Assembly (NCBI GenBank): GCA_963932905.1
Contig: CAWVRN010000003.1
Location: forward strand, 32,001-96,000
DNA: 64,000 nt
From: an uncultured Bdellovibrio sp.
GTDB taxonomy: Bacteria > Bdellovibrionota > Bdellovibrionia > Bdellovibrionales > Bdellovibrionaceae
Direction: 5' to 3'
Positions 16,679 through 26,823 of this stretch are shown here, piece after piece. Each line of letters opens with the position of its first letter. The stretch's first letter is position 1. The notes below the pieces were generated by a model. The model was not told the DNA's origin and searched no databases. It saw only the letters and a list, made by a program, of their open reading frames with translations. A program made the position numbers and the translations under genes.

Positions 16679-17422
16679 TTATTTGATCTCGAATTTGACC
16701 TGATTTCGATTTACCAATGTCATTGATTCAGCTAGTGATCTGACATCCTGAAACAATATAAAATACATTTTAGAATGACCTTCGGGATGTAGCTCTCGCT
16801 CGATCTGCTGAATGGCCCTTACCGTCGACTCGTCTCTGCAAATATAAAAGACAAAATCTATTCCTGTGTTAACATAGTAATAAAGGATCTTGTCCCTATA
16901 TCTATCGATCCACTTCTTAGTTGGCTCATACTCAATAGCCACCGTTTTTAACTTTTCGTTCACTTTTAAAAACGCTGCCGCATCGGATTTCATATCAATC
17001 AGGGGTTTGAGTCTTACGTCAGAATGCAAATGGCCAAAGCATTGTAGCATGTTTTCAGTGAAATACTCTTCCAACATCAATGATTTTGCAAAACGGTTTC
17101 TAATATCTACTAATCCGACATCATGTTCAAAAGTGTAAGAATGAGTCGGCTTCTGGATGAATTCAACCTCAATAGTATTCATTGCATAAGCTAATCCCGA
17201 ATCAGTTAACTCGTAAAAAATGTCACTACGGCTGATTCGCTTTTGCATTTTGTCAGTGATGAATCCGACATTCAATAGCCGCTTTAGGTAATGGCTAAGG
17301 CTTTTTTTCCCAACGCTTGGAAAAATAGCCTGGTGAATTTGATTTCTGGTCATAACTTTGTTTTCAACAAGGCGCTCTAGCAAAAGCCTTTCACGAACAG
17401 TAAAAAGTTGTTTCTTTGCCAA
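16679..17422 (-). CDS. Replication-relaxation (Replic_Relax/MOBC-like, PD-(D/E)xK) relaxase
   Basis: N-terminal winged helix (TRNQI...LKRL...GF...YELT..G), HD motif (EHDVGL), D...ExE (SDA...AIEYE) and Y..K...Y. Confidence 0.75.
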   Translation of the reverse strand: MAKKQLFTVRERLLLERLVENKVMTRNQIHQAIFPSVGKKSLSHYLKRLLNVGFITDKMQKRISRSDIFYELTDSGLAYAMNTIEVEFIQKPTHSYTFEHDVGLVDIRNRFAKSLMLEEYFTENMLQCFGHLHSDVRLKPLIDMKSDAAAFLKVNEKLKTVAIEYEPTKKWIDRYRDKILYYYVNTGIDFVFYICRDESTVRAIQQIERELHPEGHSKMYFILFQDVRSLAESMTLVNRNQVKFEIK

Positions 17423-17424
17423 TT

Positions 17425-18912
17425 CTATTTAATACCTAAAGTAGGTTCAGCTTCATTCGTTGCTTCAACGATCGCCCTAAACGGCAACGAAAAATTTGAT
17501 CTGACGCCAGCTTCGTATTCAATCTTTATTTTATTGATTTCATCTTTCAATACGTCCTCTTTAACAAAAGGGGTTTGAACTTCCGTAAAAGTGGTCCCAT
17601 TTGCCCATACTGCACGCCCTTTAACGTCAGGGAGTTCAAATGCCATTTTATTTCCAAGTACGGTCAGTGATCCTTGAAGCGTATTTGCCCTGAAGCAAAT
17701 GCGACCACCCATATTTTCTTGAATTTTGGTATCAATGGTATCCGTAGTCACTTTTTGAGTTGCAATGATGAGATTCATTTTTGCAGCTCGACCTAGTTTT
17801 GCTAGATCGTCTGTTAGTTCTCGCGCTTGAGTCACATTTTTTGCGCGCTCTTTGCTGACTTTAGTCTTTCCATAAAGGACCGATGCTTCATCGACAGCAA
17901 TTACAATATAGTCCTTTTTATCCCTTTCTGGATCGATCGAAGTACGTCCATTTTTTTCTAAAAGATCAAAGCGGCTAATCATTTCTTGCCTTAGTTTAGC
18001 TAGAAGTAGATTCGCTTCGATTTCAGTTTTCGCAATGCTGACATTAGGTAAGCATGAAAATTCTTTCGCTTCGATGCCTTTTTTTAAGTCCAAAATGTAT
18101 ACTTGAATATTTTTGGTACTTTTAATTAAACTCAGAAGTGTTTGCTTAAAGAAATTACTTTTACCACCACCGGATGCCCCAGCGATCATCATATGTGGAA
18201 GACTCGACAAATATTGAATTTGAATTCCCGCCAGCGACTCACCGATAGGAAATGAAAGCGGTTCATTGATGGACTGAACCACATCTAAGTATGGAACCAT
18301 TGAAGGTATAATCTTGGTCGTGGTTAAAATTTCAACAAACTTGTTATTCGCTGTCGTCCTAATAGATTCAACTGTAGCGCCTAAGGCCATTTCAAGATCA
18401 GACTTTTTCTCTAAATACCGTTCAACACCAATTCCAATGCTAGATACTAAAACCCGCTGTCGATATTCGTCTAAATTTACAACTTTGCTAACTAAAGGCT
18501 CTCTTCCTTGTGCTGTTTTTAAACCTAGATGAGCTAACGCCTGAGAAATTTCTTTCTTTTTATCTTTCGTGACAATTCCAAATAAAAATCCAAAAAAGGC
18601 AATTGGACCAAGAATTAATATCAGCGTATGAATCAAAATCGGTAACGGCATTTCTTCGACTAAGATCTCAACTACAGTTGGCGTAAAAACATTTGGAAAA
18701 AATAAGTGCAACCATTTAAGATGTTTGTAGTTCCAAAATACCAATAGAAAACTTATCCAGCTCCATAAAAAGGCAATAAAATATAAACTCCTGAACCGAA
18801 TAAAAAGTTCGGCCGCTCCACGAATTGAAATTCCACCTAAAAATGAAAGAACTTTCAGGACCTCATCAAATCCTTTTGATGAATGACTCGCTTTGGCTTT
18901 TACCTGACTCAT
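17425..18912 (-). CDS. FtsK/SpoIIIE-type (TcpA-like) membrane ATPase, putative coupling protein
   Basis: N-terminal TMs; PHMMIAGASGGGKS; ILDLKKGIE; VIAVDE; LGRAAKMNLIIATQK. Confidence 0.85.
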   Translation of the reverse strand: MSQVKAKASHSSKGFDEVLKVLSFLGGISIRGAAELFIRFRSLYFIAFLWSWISFLLVFWNYKHLKWLHLFFPNVFTPTVVEILVEEMPLPILIHTLILILGPIAFFGFLFGIVTKDKKKEISQALAHLGLKTAQGREPLVSKVVNLDEYRQRVLVSSIGIGVERYLEKKSDLEMALGATVESIRTTANNKFVEILTTTKIIPSMVPYLDVVQSINEPLSFPIGESLAGIQIQYLSSLPHMMIAGASGGGKSNFFKQTLLSLIKSTKNIQVYILDLKKGIEAKEFSCLPNVSIAKTEIEANLLLAKLRQEMISRFDLLEKNGRTSIDPERDKKDYIVIAVDEASVLYGKTKVSKERAKNVTQARELTDDLAKLGRAAKMNLIIATQKVTTDTIDTKIQENMGGRICFRANTLQGSLTVLGNKMAFELPDVKGRAVWANGTTFTEVQTPFVKEDVLKDEINKIKIEYEAGVRSNFSLPFRAIVEATNEAEPTLGIK

Positions 18913-19910
18913 TTTTCCACATAGGTTTTTGTTAGGCTTACAATTATATCACGACCGGCTGGAATCGTAATATAGTCTTCGGTATCTTTGTAGGACTCGA
19001 TCTGTCGACTAGCTTCTTCCTGCGCCGAAGTGGATAGACCCTTCTTTATTGCATTCTCAAGGCTTGCTTTTGGCATAGTTTGGCCTAACGAGTTCATAGT
19101 TTCACGCTCAATCATTATTTCACTAGCACCCGAAGCAACACTCAGTCCGAGAGCAGCAAGTACCCGAGTATCAGACTCCGAGTTTGTATCACCGATCAGC
19201 CCAGTGGAATAGCTTTTAGGGTCCAGAACTTGGGCATTAATATCAAACTCCTGTTCCGATGGAAATAATCCCTTAGTGATTTGGATACCGACTTTGCGTC
19301 CTCGTCCAGAGTAAACAACCTGTCCAAAAAGAATAGTGCCTTTCGGAATTTCAGTTCCATATTTTGATCGACCACCATAGGGCAATAATATTTTTATCAA
19401 CTGTCCCGCCTCACGAGTGTCAATTGCCGTTAAAGTTTTTCCGATCATATTTGTTCCAATTGGGATGCTTCGCTCTGGGTCGCTAGTTCCATCGCGGACT
19501 ATAACTTGACCTGCTTTAAAGTTTATCTTTGCTGAGGGTATGCCTTGCATCGATCGCTCTTTACTGCCTCCGCCTCCACTTTTTGATACGGTTTTTCCTT
19601 CACTTAAAATTTTTCTCGCCGTGTCCGAATAGGTTCGCTTGTCATCGTGATCTAATTTCGATTCAGTCCTGGTTGGTTCTTTGGCAGCATCTACCAGTCG
19701 TTTCTCTGATTGCCCCAGAAAACTTGTGTCTTCATTACTTGATAAAACAAAAGCCGTAAGAATTAGCAAAAACAAAATAGGGCCTCCGAAGAGGCCCACT
19801 TGCTTTAGATTTATGACGTCTTTTTCGCCGTCTCGCTTCAAAAAAAACGCTTTAATGTTTGGAATTTTCCCTTTTAAAATATTCCATTTACATTTTTGTA
19901 CCGAATTCAT
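18909..19910 (-). CDS. VirB10/TrbI-like T4SS core protein
   Basis: One TM, low-complexity linker, IPIGT...IPKGT.L.G beta domain, C-terminal ITIPAG. Confidence 0.75.
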   Translation of the reverse strand: MNSVQKCKWNILKGKIPNIKAFFLKRDGEKDVINLKQVGLFGGPILFLLILTAFVLSSNEDTSFLGQSEKRLVDAAKEPTRTESKLDHDDKRTYSDTARKILSEGKTVSKSGGGGSKERSMQGIPSAKINFKAGQVIVRDGTSDPERSIPIGTNMIGKTLTAIDTREAGQLIKILLPYGGRSKYGTEIPKGTILFGQVVYSGRGRKVGIQITKGLFPSEQEFDINAQVLDPKSYSTGLIGDTNSESDTRVLAALGLSVASGASEIMIERETMNSLGQTMPKASLENAIKKGLSTSAQEEASRQIESYKDTEDYITIPAGRDIIVSLTKTYVEK

Positions 19911-20656
19911 AAAAATTCCTTTTTTAACGAAAAACTTTGATTTTCATTAGGTAATGATATCAACACCTTAATATCTTGTTTTAAAATACTAGAAAAAAAT
20001 ACACGTACTTTTGCTCCAGACTTACTTTCAATTTGAGATTTTTCTTTTACGATCATTTGCCTATCAAGGGTCAGACCATTTCGAACAACAAGTAGTTTTA
20101 AATCAGCGATATCCAATTTATTTTTTGTTACATTTTGTACAAATAAATCTAAAGCATTTAATTTCATTTCAGGAAGGTACTGAATATGCGCTGGTCTTAC
20201 AATCAAACCGTTTTTGAGTTTAACCTCAATACCCCGAATTTCCTTTCTCCTCGAAACCATAGCGGATCGAAAATTAAGTGTTGATCGCTGTCGATTTGTA
20301 GAATCCCATTCTATCTTTACAAGATCATCGTGATTAACACTTCCCACTTTGAGATAGAATCCATAGGTGCGACTCTCAGTATAGACAAACATATTGGTTT
20401 TGATTTGCCCGTGTGGTTGAATCGCAATATCATTTTCAATGAACTCGATCCCAAAATAGTTTTGATTTCCAATTACTATTTTCTTTGGCTTATCTTTAAA
20501 TCTTAAGACCGTTGACTTTCCCATGCTAAGGTTAATTGATTCCATTGCACTTGGCCCTGCTGTAACAGATCTAACTCCACCAGCTAAGGCAACATTGCAC
20601 AATGCCAGTATTCCAAGCGCTAGCACCAATAACCTAATCGCCTTTCGTGCCTTCAT
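19907..20656 (-). CDS. VirB9/TraK-like secreted T4SS core protein
   Basis: Signal peptide; STVLRF..P...IG...TNMFVYTESRTYGFYL; position in the operon. Confidence 0.65.
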   Translation of the reverse strand: MKARKAIRLLVLALGILALCNVALAGGVRSVTAGPSAMESINLSMGKSTVLRFKDKPKKIVIGNQNYFGIEFIENDIAIQPHGQIKTNMFVYTESRTYGFYLKVGSVNHDDLVKIEWDSTNRQRSTLNFRSAMVSRRKEIRGIEVKLKNGLIVRPAHIQYLPEMKLNALDLFVQNVTKNKLDIADLKLLVVRNGLTLDRQMIVKEKSQIESKSGAKVRVFFSSILKQDIKVLISLPNENQSFSLKKEFL

Positions 20657-21260
20657 GCTCTATGATACCGTTTACATATAGACCAAGAAGGTTCCAGTTA
20701 GTAACAGGACCATCAACAATTTGAAAGGACGCCTCACAGGGAACAACAAGAGGAATTCCCGCAATGCGAAGCACTTTATCATATGTCGCCGTGATTTCTT
20801 TTTCACTCACCTTGATTTTAATATGGGCAATGTCTTGAGAAACCGCCTGGTTTTTAAAATCCCGATCTCTTCTTTGAAGAAGAAGAATTTTAATTTTTTC
20901 AGTTAAAGCATCGCTCGTAAAAGGGCTTATTTCTTTTACGATTTTATCGGGTTCTAGTTTTTCCCATTTAAAATAAAGAAACAAATAGTCCGACAAGAAA
21001 CGACTAATTTGATCTTCATCAATTTTAAACGGCTTAGATTCACTTCTGAGTGGTATCTTATTCAATCCATCGTCATAAATCACAAGCGGTGACTTAAGCG
21101 ACTGAAATAGCACGACACATAGTAAAAGCATTCCAATTCCGGCACAGACCGCGCCGACTAGTTTATAAAGCTGTAACTGGTTATTTGTCTCAATCCAGTG
21201 GTCTAATGATGATTTCACTGTTTTTAAATTTTCTTTTTTCAAACTATCTTCGTTTGTCAT
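20634..21260 (-). CDS. VirB8/TraE-like bitopic protein
   Basis: One TM, NTF2-like layout, C-terminal N..GLYV motif. Confidence 0.7.
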   Translation of the reverse strand: MTNEDSLKKENLKTVKSSLDHWIETNNQLQLYKLVGAVCAGIGMLLLCVVLFQSLKSPLVIYDDGLNKIPLRSESKPFKIDEDQISRFLSDYLFLYFKWEKLEPDKIVKEISPFTSDALTEKIKILLLQRRDRDFKNQAVSQDIAHIKIKVSEKEITATYDKVLRIAGIPLVVPCEASFQIVDGPVTNWNLLGLYVNGIIEHEGTKGD

Positions 21261-22197
21261 TATTTCCTTTTCTTAAATCTTTAGGTAAAAATAGATTTTC
21301 ATATGTTTTTTTCATTTCATTCAGTTTTGGATTCACTCGACGCTTGAGCAATTCAGCTCTACCGACAAAGGGGTTCGTCATAGGCTTTGCCGCAAACTTT
21401 CCACCTGATACCACACCGCTCGCTATACCTTTAGCAAGTTTTGCCATTTGTGCTTTAAGCGCAACCCCTGTTGCCATTGTGGGAACAGCCGTGATGGCGG
21501 AAGCCGCGCTTTCCATACCATCATTAAGAAGTGATCTTGTCGCAATCGGAATGAAGAGCATACTAAGACCGATGGATAAATTAATGATTATAGACATCAA
21601 ATAATCTTCCATGCCAGTGACTTTGGGATTCATCGCTAATTTTAATAGCAACACCCCAAGAAGACTCCACAATATTTTCCAGAGCACAACTTGCACTAAA
21701 CCCTTGTAAAGACTAAACGTAACATGCTCAGTTTGCCGGGCCACATAAGCCAGTATCATCAGTGGCGAGCAGACAAATAATATAGTCCACACAAAGTGGA
21801 TCATCGCATTGGAAATAAAAAAACCAAGATAGGCGATGATATAGGCGGCAATATTAAAAATATAAAGTGCCGTTTCTCTTAGATTAAACCAGTCATTGCT
21901 AGCACTATTATAATTTGGCCCTAGATTTTTTAAAACGTCCCACAGTTTTTGAAGCCCGTCGATTTTTTCAGTAATGCTATCACCAATTGTCGCAATAGAG
22001 TTTAGCGTGATGTCAAAACTATATAGCAATAAAACTGAAACCAAGACCCGTCGAAAAATATCTTTAACATCTGGCTCATCACTTTTTAAAAATTCCATTA
22101 CTAGCAGTAGTAGAACAAGCGGAACAATAAGAACCCAGTAGGTCGAAACCAGCTCTGTACGCAGACTTCGACCCACATCGCTTAGATAATCAAACAT
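21244..22197 (-). CDS. VirB6/TrbL-like polytopic membrane protein
   Basis: Several TMs with a central periplasmic loop, SPL motif and Gly/Ala-rich tail. Confidence 0.7.
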   Translation of the reverse strand: MFDYLSDVGRSLRTELVSTYWVLIVPLVLLLLVMEFLKSDEPDVKDIFRRVLVSVLLLYSFDITLNSIATIGDSITEKIDGLQKLWDVLKNLGPNYNSASNDWFNLRETALYIFNIAAYIIAYLGFFISNAMIHFVWTILFVCSPLMILAYVARQTEHVTFSLYKGLVQVVLWKILWSLLGVLLLKLAMNPKVTGMEDYLMSIIINLSIGLSMLFIPIATRSLLNDGMESAASAITAVPTMATGVALKAQMAKLAKGIASGVVSGGKFAAKPMTNPFVGRAELLKRRVNPKLNEMKKTYENLFLPKDLRKGNNDKRR

Positions 22198-22926
22198 CTA
22201 GAATTTTATTAGACTCATTTTCGGATTTAGTTCTTGAAAGCTTTTCCCAAGATCCTGATTCACTCGCTGAAAGTTAGAAACACTATCTTTACCCATTTTA
22301 TTTTGCATCCCAAATTGCTCGCTTTGTAGCTTTAGCATCTGAGTATTAAGACGAATCAATTGAGACAGTGATCTCAGAATCTGCGCGCTGGTTTCAGCCT
22401 GCATTCTCATGGCTCCTTTGGGCGATGCCGCACGGCTGTCAATGGCCACTCGAATTGAGTTTTCTTCTTGCTTTACCGAGTATTCCTTGAAGTCATTTAT
22501 CATTCTCAAACTTTCAGAAATAGTTTGGTCATGCAGTCTTTGCATTAACTCTTCTTTACTTTTAGGAACGGCGCCGTAAATTTCTGATATTTTTTCCACC
22601 GCCTTTTTGAAATTGCGTATTTCAGATAGTACTCTTTCATCCTTGATGGGCAACGATTCGATAAGACCCAAAGAGTTATCTAGGCCAGAGTTAACTAGGC
22701 GTAGGTAATCCCGTTGGTCTTTAGCTAGTTCGATCATGGTTTTAAGTTGATAGTACCTTCGAATATTTTCCTCCAATATTTTAATCAGGTATGTCACTTG
22801 GGTCCATCCAGATCCGTCAGTAAAAGCAGCCGCTTTGGGCGGGTTCGCAAGACCAAAAACGACTACAACTAAGATAGGCATAAAATAAAGCCGCATTGAC
22901 ACGTTTTCTAATTTAGCTACTTTCAC
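22198..22926 (-). CDS. VirB5/TrbJ-like secreted helical protein
   Basis: Signal peptide, coiled-coil Gln-rich helices; sits between VirB4 and VirB6. Confidence 0.6.
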   Translation of the reverse strand: MKVAKLENVSMRLYFMPILVVVVFGLANPPKAAAFTDGSGWTQVTYLIKILEENIRRYYQLKTMIELAKDQRDYLRLVNSGLDNSLGLIESLPIKDERVLSEIRNFKKAVEKISEIYGAVPKSKEELMQRLHDQTISESLRMINDFKEYSVKQEENSIRVAIDSRAASPKGAMRMQAETSAQILRSLSQLIRLNTQMLKLQSEQFGMQNKMGKDSVSNFQRVNQDLGKSFQELNPKMSLIKF

Positions 22927-25340
22927 GTCTTGTCCACTCCGTTTTCAAAAGCCAGTCTTTGCAGAATTTGAATTTTTGATTCATTCGGATATTTATTCTC
23001 CATTTCTTGAATTTTTGCTTTTTCATTTCCGTCACTAGTGCAAATCCAGTAACTCAGTGGTTCGGGAACTAGTCTTAGTATGGCCTGATTCTCGTCTTGA
23101 ATGAGATAAAATTCAGAGTACTTTCCTTTTACGATTTCTAGGCTTTTTATCGCTTCCACTTGAGAGTCATTAAAATCAAAGCTTGATTTAAAATCACTCC
23201 AGTCAATTTTTCGTTGTCGCAATATAAACACATTTGTTGTGTTTGGCATTAAACTCTCCGCTAGGTCTTTATCAGATAAAAAATCCCGGTAATTTTGAGA
23301 AATACAATAAATGCCGGCATTGTACTTCCTGAATGTACGAAAACAATCTATCGCAAAATCTCTTCCACTTTCTGTTTTAAAAAGGCGCTGGGCCTCATCG
23401 ATTATAAGCAAGTACGGAGTTTGAAGGTCTCTCGCGGCTTCTGTCTTTATGTAACTTGTAAAAAGAAGTAAAAAAATGTCCTTCAGTTCTCGATGATTAT
23501 CTAAACCTTTAATTTCAATCGTGATTAAATCTGACTTTAATTTTACGTTGCTTTGCCGATCCAGCATCCGTCCATAGGCAGTGTCACCGGTCCAAGAAAA
23601 TAATATTTGAGCATATTTTCTCATTTCAGTTTCAGCGTGCTCTGAAAGAATTGATTTTAAATCTGATAAAACCGGAACTCTATCTTTTACATTTTGGTAC
23701 ATTCTAAAAATGGACTCTTCAAGAAGGGCCTTTTCCCGTTTAGGAAGTCCCTTTTTATCTTCATCCTTTAAAATCAGCTCTAACACTCCAAGCATCATTT
23801 TAATTCGTGATGGACTGGGTGACGATTCTCCGTCTTCCAGGTCAAATAAATTAATCGAGATTCCCGATTCTAACGTCAGATCAATAAACTCGCCATCTAA
23901 CACTTCTAACAACCGTTGCGATGAAGCGCCGTTATCAATCCAAATAATTTTCGGACTTGGTTCTTGCCCGTAGAATTGAAGCATTAACTGCGCAACGCTA
24001 AACGATTTACCTGAACCGCTTCCTCCAAACACAAGCCCATTCCAGTTAGGAAGCTCCTTAGCAAACGGGTCTAATGAAAAAAGTGAATTTTCCCTATTTG
24101 GTAGTAAACATACTGGCCTAGAATTACCTGACCAGCCGGAATAAAAGGGCAACAGATGGGCAGCGTTTGAGGTTTTGATTTTCTTAAGCCTAAACCCTTT
24201 ACAAATGGAGGGTGCGGCGGCCAAAAATGCATCAAGACCCGCGTAAGTTTCCTGAATTCCTTCGGCCTGATTTAACGATCGAAAAGACCGCAGAACTTCA
24301 TCGGTTTTTGTTTCAAGTTCTTCTTGATTGCTTGCCCAGATGATTACATTAAAATCCATCAACACAATCTTTTCAGAGCCTTCATGAAGTTCACGCGCTA
24401 GATTTTCAATATGTTCAAGCTGAGTTTCGCTTTCAATGTCAGATACATTTTTACTACCAGAGGCCATAGATCGGGCAACTCGTCGACTCAGTTCCAACTT
24501 ACTTAGCTCCTTTTTTTGATTCAGTGTTTTTAAATTTTGACTGATCCATAAATGAAATGGAAGCTTTGTAAAATTCTCAATCATCGCAGCATGAGTGTTT
24601 CCTTCAGGTAGTATTGCTAGCGTCAATACCCGAAATTTCAAATCGCCGATTGAAATTGCATCTTTATCCACACTCATGTCACTTAAAACAACTTGGTCAG
24701 ATAGAGTGTGATCAACCGAAATTGGACGAAGATGGGGAGGTCCCATGTTTTCCACTCGATGTTTATTAAAATAAGTGAAAATATTTTTGTACCACTCGAT
24801 TGGATCAATTTCACATGGAAGCAGTCCGGCTGATTGAAGGCCGCTATATATAAGCGTGAGTGTTCTTTCAAATTTTTGTCGATGCTGCGCGTACTCTTTC
24901 TTTGTCATGATCTCAAATAATTCTCGTTTTTCCCAAAATCGTCTTTGTTTCAAACGATAACTTGCAGACCTTACATAAACGAAAATTTCAGGGACAAAGT
25001 ACTGTCGATTCTCGGCGTTGTCTCTAAGAAAGTGGACTCTCGCCTTACGAATTGGCTGATAGCTCTCTTTACAGTTTAGGGACACATCTTCATGTTTTTG
25101 AATAATATTTTCCATCTCATGATTTAATTTGTAAAATAGCTGCAAAGAGTAGTCTTCAGGTAATGAATTTAGCAGCCCCTCTATTTTTTCCGAAAAATAG
25201 TTCACTTCGGTTGGAGTTTTTAAGCTAATATCATTTCCAATAATTTTAAATCCGGCACCTAGGGAGCCGTCATTAAAAACGACTAAATTGTCGTCTAGAT
25301 GCCATAACCCTAGCATGTCTTTAATGTGATTTGCCATCAA
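22923..25340 (-). CDS. virB4: VirB4/TraC-family T4SS ATPase
   Basis: Walker A GGSGSGKS, IDNGAS, INLFD, Walker B LLIIDEA, FRKYN..ISQ. Confidence 0.92.
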   Translation of the reverse strand: MMANHIKDMLGLWHLDDNLVVFNDGSLGAGFKIIGNDISLKTPTEVNYFSEKIEGLLNSLPEDYSLQLFYKLNHEMENIIQKHEDVSLNCKESYQPIRKARVHFLRDNAENRQYFVPEIFVYVRSASYRLKQRRFWEKRELFEIMTKKEYAQHRQKFERTLTLIYSGLQSAGLLPCEIDPIEWYKNIFTYFNKHRVENMGPPHLRPISVDHTLSDQVVLSDMSVDKDAISIGDLKFRVLTLAILPEGNTHAAMIENFTKLPFHLWISQNLKTLNQKKELSKLELSRRVARSMASGSKNVSDIESETQLEHIENLARELHEGSEKIVLMDFNVIIWASNQEELETKTDEVLRSFRSLNQAEGIQETYAGLDAFLAAAPSICKGFRLKKIKTSNAAHLLPFYSGWSGNSRPVCLLPNRENSLFSLDPFAKELPNWNGLVFGGSGSGKSFSVAQLMLQFYGQEPSPKIIWIDNGASSQRLLEVLDGEFIDLTLESGISINLFDLEDGESSPSPSRIKMMLGVLELILKDEDKKGLPKREKALLEESIFRMYQNVKDRVPVLSDLKSILSEHAETEMRKYAQILFSWTGDTAYGRMLDRQSNVKLKSDLITIEIKGLDNHRELKDIFLLLFTSYIKTEAARDLQTPYLLIIDEAQRLFKTESGRDFAIDCFRTFRKYNAGIYCISQNYRDFLSDKDLAESLMPNTTNVFILRQRKIDWSDFKSSFDFNDSQVEAIKSLEIVKGKYSEFYLIQDENQAILRLVPEPLSYWICTSDGNEKAKIQEMENKYPNESKIQILQRLAFENGVDKT

Positions 25341-25647
25341 TTCGAACTCCTATTATTTTTTTCCGATTTAAATCATTTTCTCCCGCAGCAAAGAATCCGT
25401 TGCTTAGATAGAATCTAAGTAAATGGATAAGATAGTCGTCGGGCTTTCCTCTTTTTCCAAAATATAAAATGCTTAGTAAAAGTGCTGGCAAGACAATCAC
25501 AAAAATAAATGAAAATGAGGTGCGACCAAAAAATAGGTTCATTACAGAAGCAAATATAAGAACCGCTAAAATGTCGGGGGCTTCCATGCCCCCAATTCTA
25601 ATTTTAGCGTCCAGCTTCCTGTGGACAGTTGATTCTTTATACTCCAT
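25321..25647 (-). CDS. VirB3/TraL-like membrane protein
   Basis: Two TMs, HR.LD...IGG, GKPD..L.H; directly upstream of virB4. Confidence 0.75.
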   Translation of the reverse strand: MEYKESTVHRKLDAKIRIGGMEAPDILAVLIFASVMNLFFGRTSFSFIFVIVLPALLLSILYFGKRGKPDDYLIHLLRFYLSNGFFAAGENDLNRKKIIGVRIDGKSH

Positions 25648-25958
25648 TACATCCCTGAAATACTTTGAAGCCAGCGGATCAACATCGGCGCCAAGAACCC
25701 AACAATACTTGCAACAGCCACTAACACCATTCTAGACTTTGCCTCAGCATCGCCGGTAGCCGCGAGTATCGCCGCATACACAAGCCCTAAAACACTCACT
25801 GCCGGTAGCAGCACATTAACAAGTCCCTTTGTTACACCGCCGACCTTACTCTGAAAATCTCCTCCTCCGTACTGGGCAAATGAGAGTTCCGGTACAAATA
25901 AGGTAATGCTGATAAAGGCAAGAGTACCCAACACAATCCAAGATTGATTTTTATTCAA
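25647..25958 (-). CDS. VirB2/TrbC-like conjugative pilin
   Basis: Long signal ending PELSFA, then two hydrophobic helices. Confidence 0.8.
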   Translation of the reverse strand: MNKNQSWIVLGTLAFISITLFVPELSFAQYGGGDFQSKVGGVTKGLVNVLLPAVSVLGLVYAAILAATGDAEAKSRMVLVAVASIVGFLAPMLIRWLQSISGM

Positions 25959-25961
25959 ACT

Positions 25962-26300
25962 CTACTCTTCTGCATAAAGTGATAGAATTCGGGTATAGGG
26001 TCCTAGCTCCATGTATATGTATGGGCCACCTGCACGGGAGCTTTTTCCTATACCAATGGGTGAGGATCTAACAAATTTACCATCTTTTCTAAGACTCACA
26101 TCGACTCGGTAATGGACGGTGTCACCGTCGGAGCCGGTTGGCCTTAAGAAAATGTACTTATCATCTGGCATGGCATCAACTTTAAGTCGAAATTCACCCT
26201 TATCTTCGTGGTAAAATGCCACTCCCGCCGGAAATTTTCTGCCGGTTTCCTTATCAATCCATTCAAGATCTAATTTTTTATTTTTTACTTTATTTTCCAT
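25962..26300 (-). CDS. Hypothetical beta-rich protein with internal two-fold repeat (DUF736-like)
   Basis: AGVAF...G.FRLKVD.P and IGIG....G.YIYMELGP halves. Confidence 0.45.
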   Translation of the reverse strand: MENKVKNKKLDLEWIDKETGRKFPAGVAFYHEDKGEFRLKVDAMPDDKYIFLRPTGSDGDTVHYRVDVSLRKDGKFVRSSPIGIGKSSRAGGPYIYMELGPYTRILSLYAEE

Positions 26301-26348
26301 AGTTATTTTTCCTTCCTAGAAACTAGTTTTTTGTTTAGCTACTCTGTT

Positions 26349-26594
26349 TTAAGCAGCTTTTAATTTTAAAAGTTCTTCTCTCATTAAGCTCAGCGCTTTC
26401 GCATGAGTTACTTGCACATCATAAAGTTCCATGCCAAGCGTTTGAGCAATGTGTTTTAGACCCATTCCTAGCCAATATCTTAGATACACGATGGCCCTTT
26501 CATCCTGTGGTAGATCCATAGCTATTTGTTTGACCTCCATTTTTTCTTTATCGCCTAACGGAAAACTCCATGTTTTCTGTTTTTCTATTTTCAT
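26349..26594 (-). CDS. Stand-alone sigma70 region-4 HTH protein
   Basis: LPQDERAIVYLRYWLGMGLKHIAQTLGM....V....KAL..MR. Confidence 0.8.
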   Translation of the reverse strand: MKIEKQKTWSFPLGDKEKMEVKQIAMDLPQDERAIVYLRYWLGMGLKHIAQTLGMELYDVQVTHAKALSLMREELLKLKAA

Positions 26595-26607
26595 GTGTAA
26601 CTACCCA

Positions 26608-26823
26608 TTATCCTAAAAAGTGCATTCGCATAAATTTAAGTTCATTTTCGCGCTTGATTTCATCGATCTTACGATCGTCAATTTCATAACTAAATATTCT
26701 CTTCCAAAAACTTGTCTTTAATTTCTTCTCTTCCAGTTTTTTTATGTTTTGATTCATTTCTTTAGGCGCATTCTTTATCGTCATTAGCGGCCTCCAAACT
26801 GTTGCAGATTTCATTCTCTTCAT
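26608..26823 (-). CDS. Small hypothetical protein
   Basis: ORF within the ICE leader operon; the start is probably internal. Confidence 0.4.
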   Translation of the reverse strand: MKRMKSATVWRPLMTIKNAPKEMNQNIKKLEEKKLKTSFWKRIFSYEIDDRKIDEIKRENELKFMRMHFLG

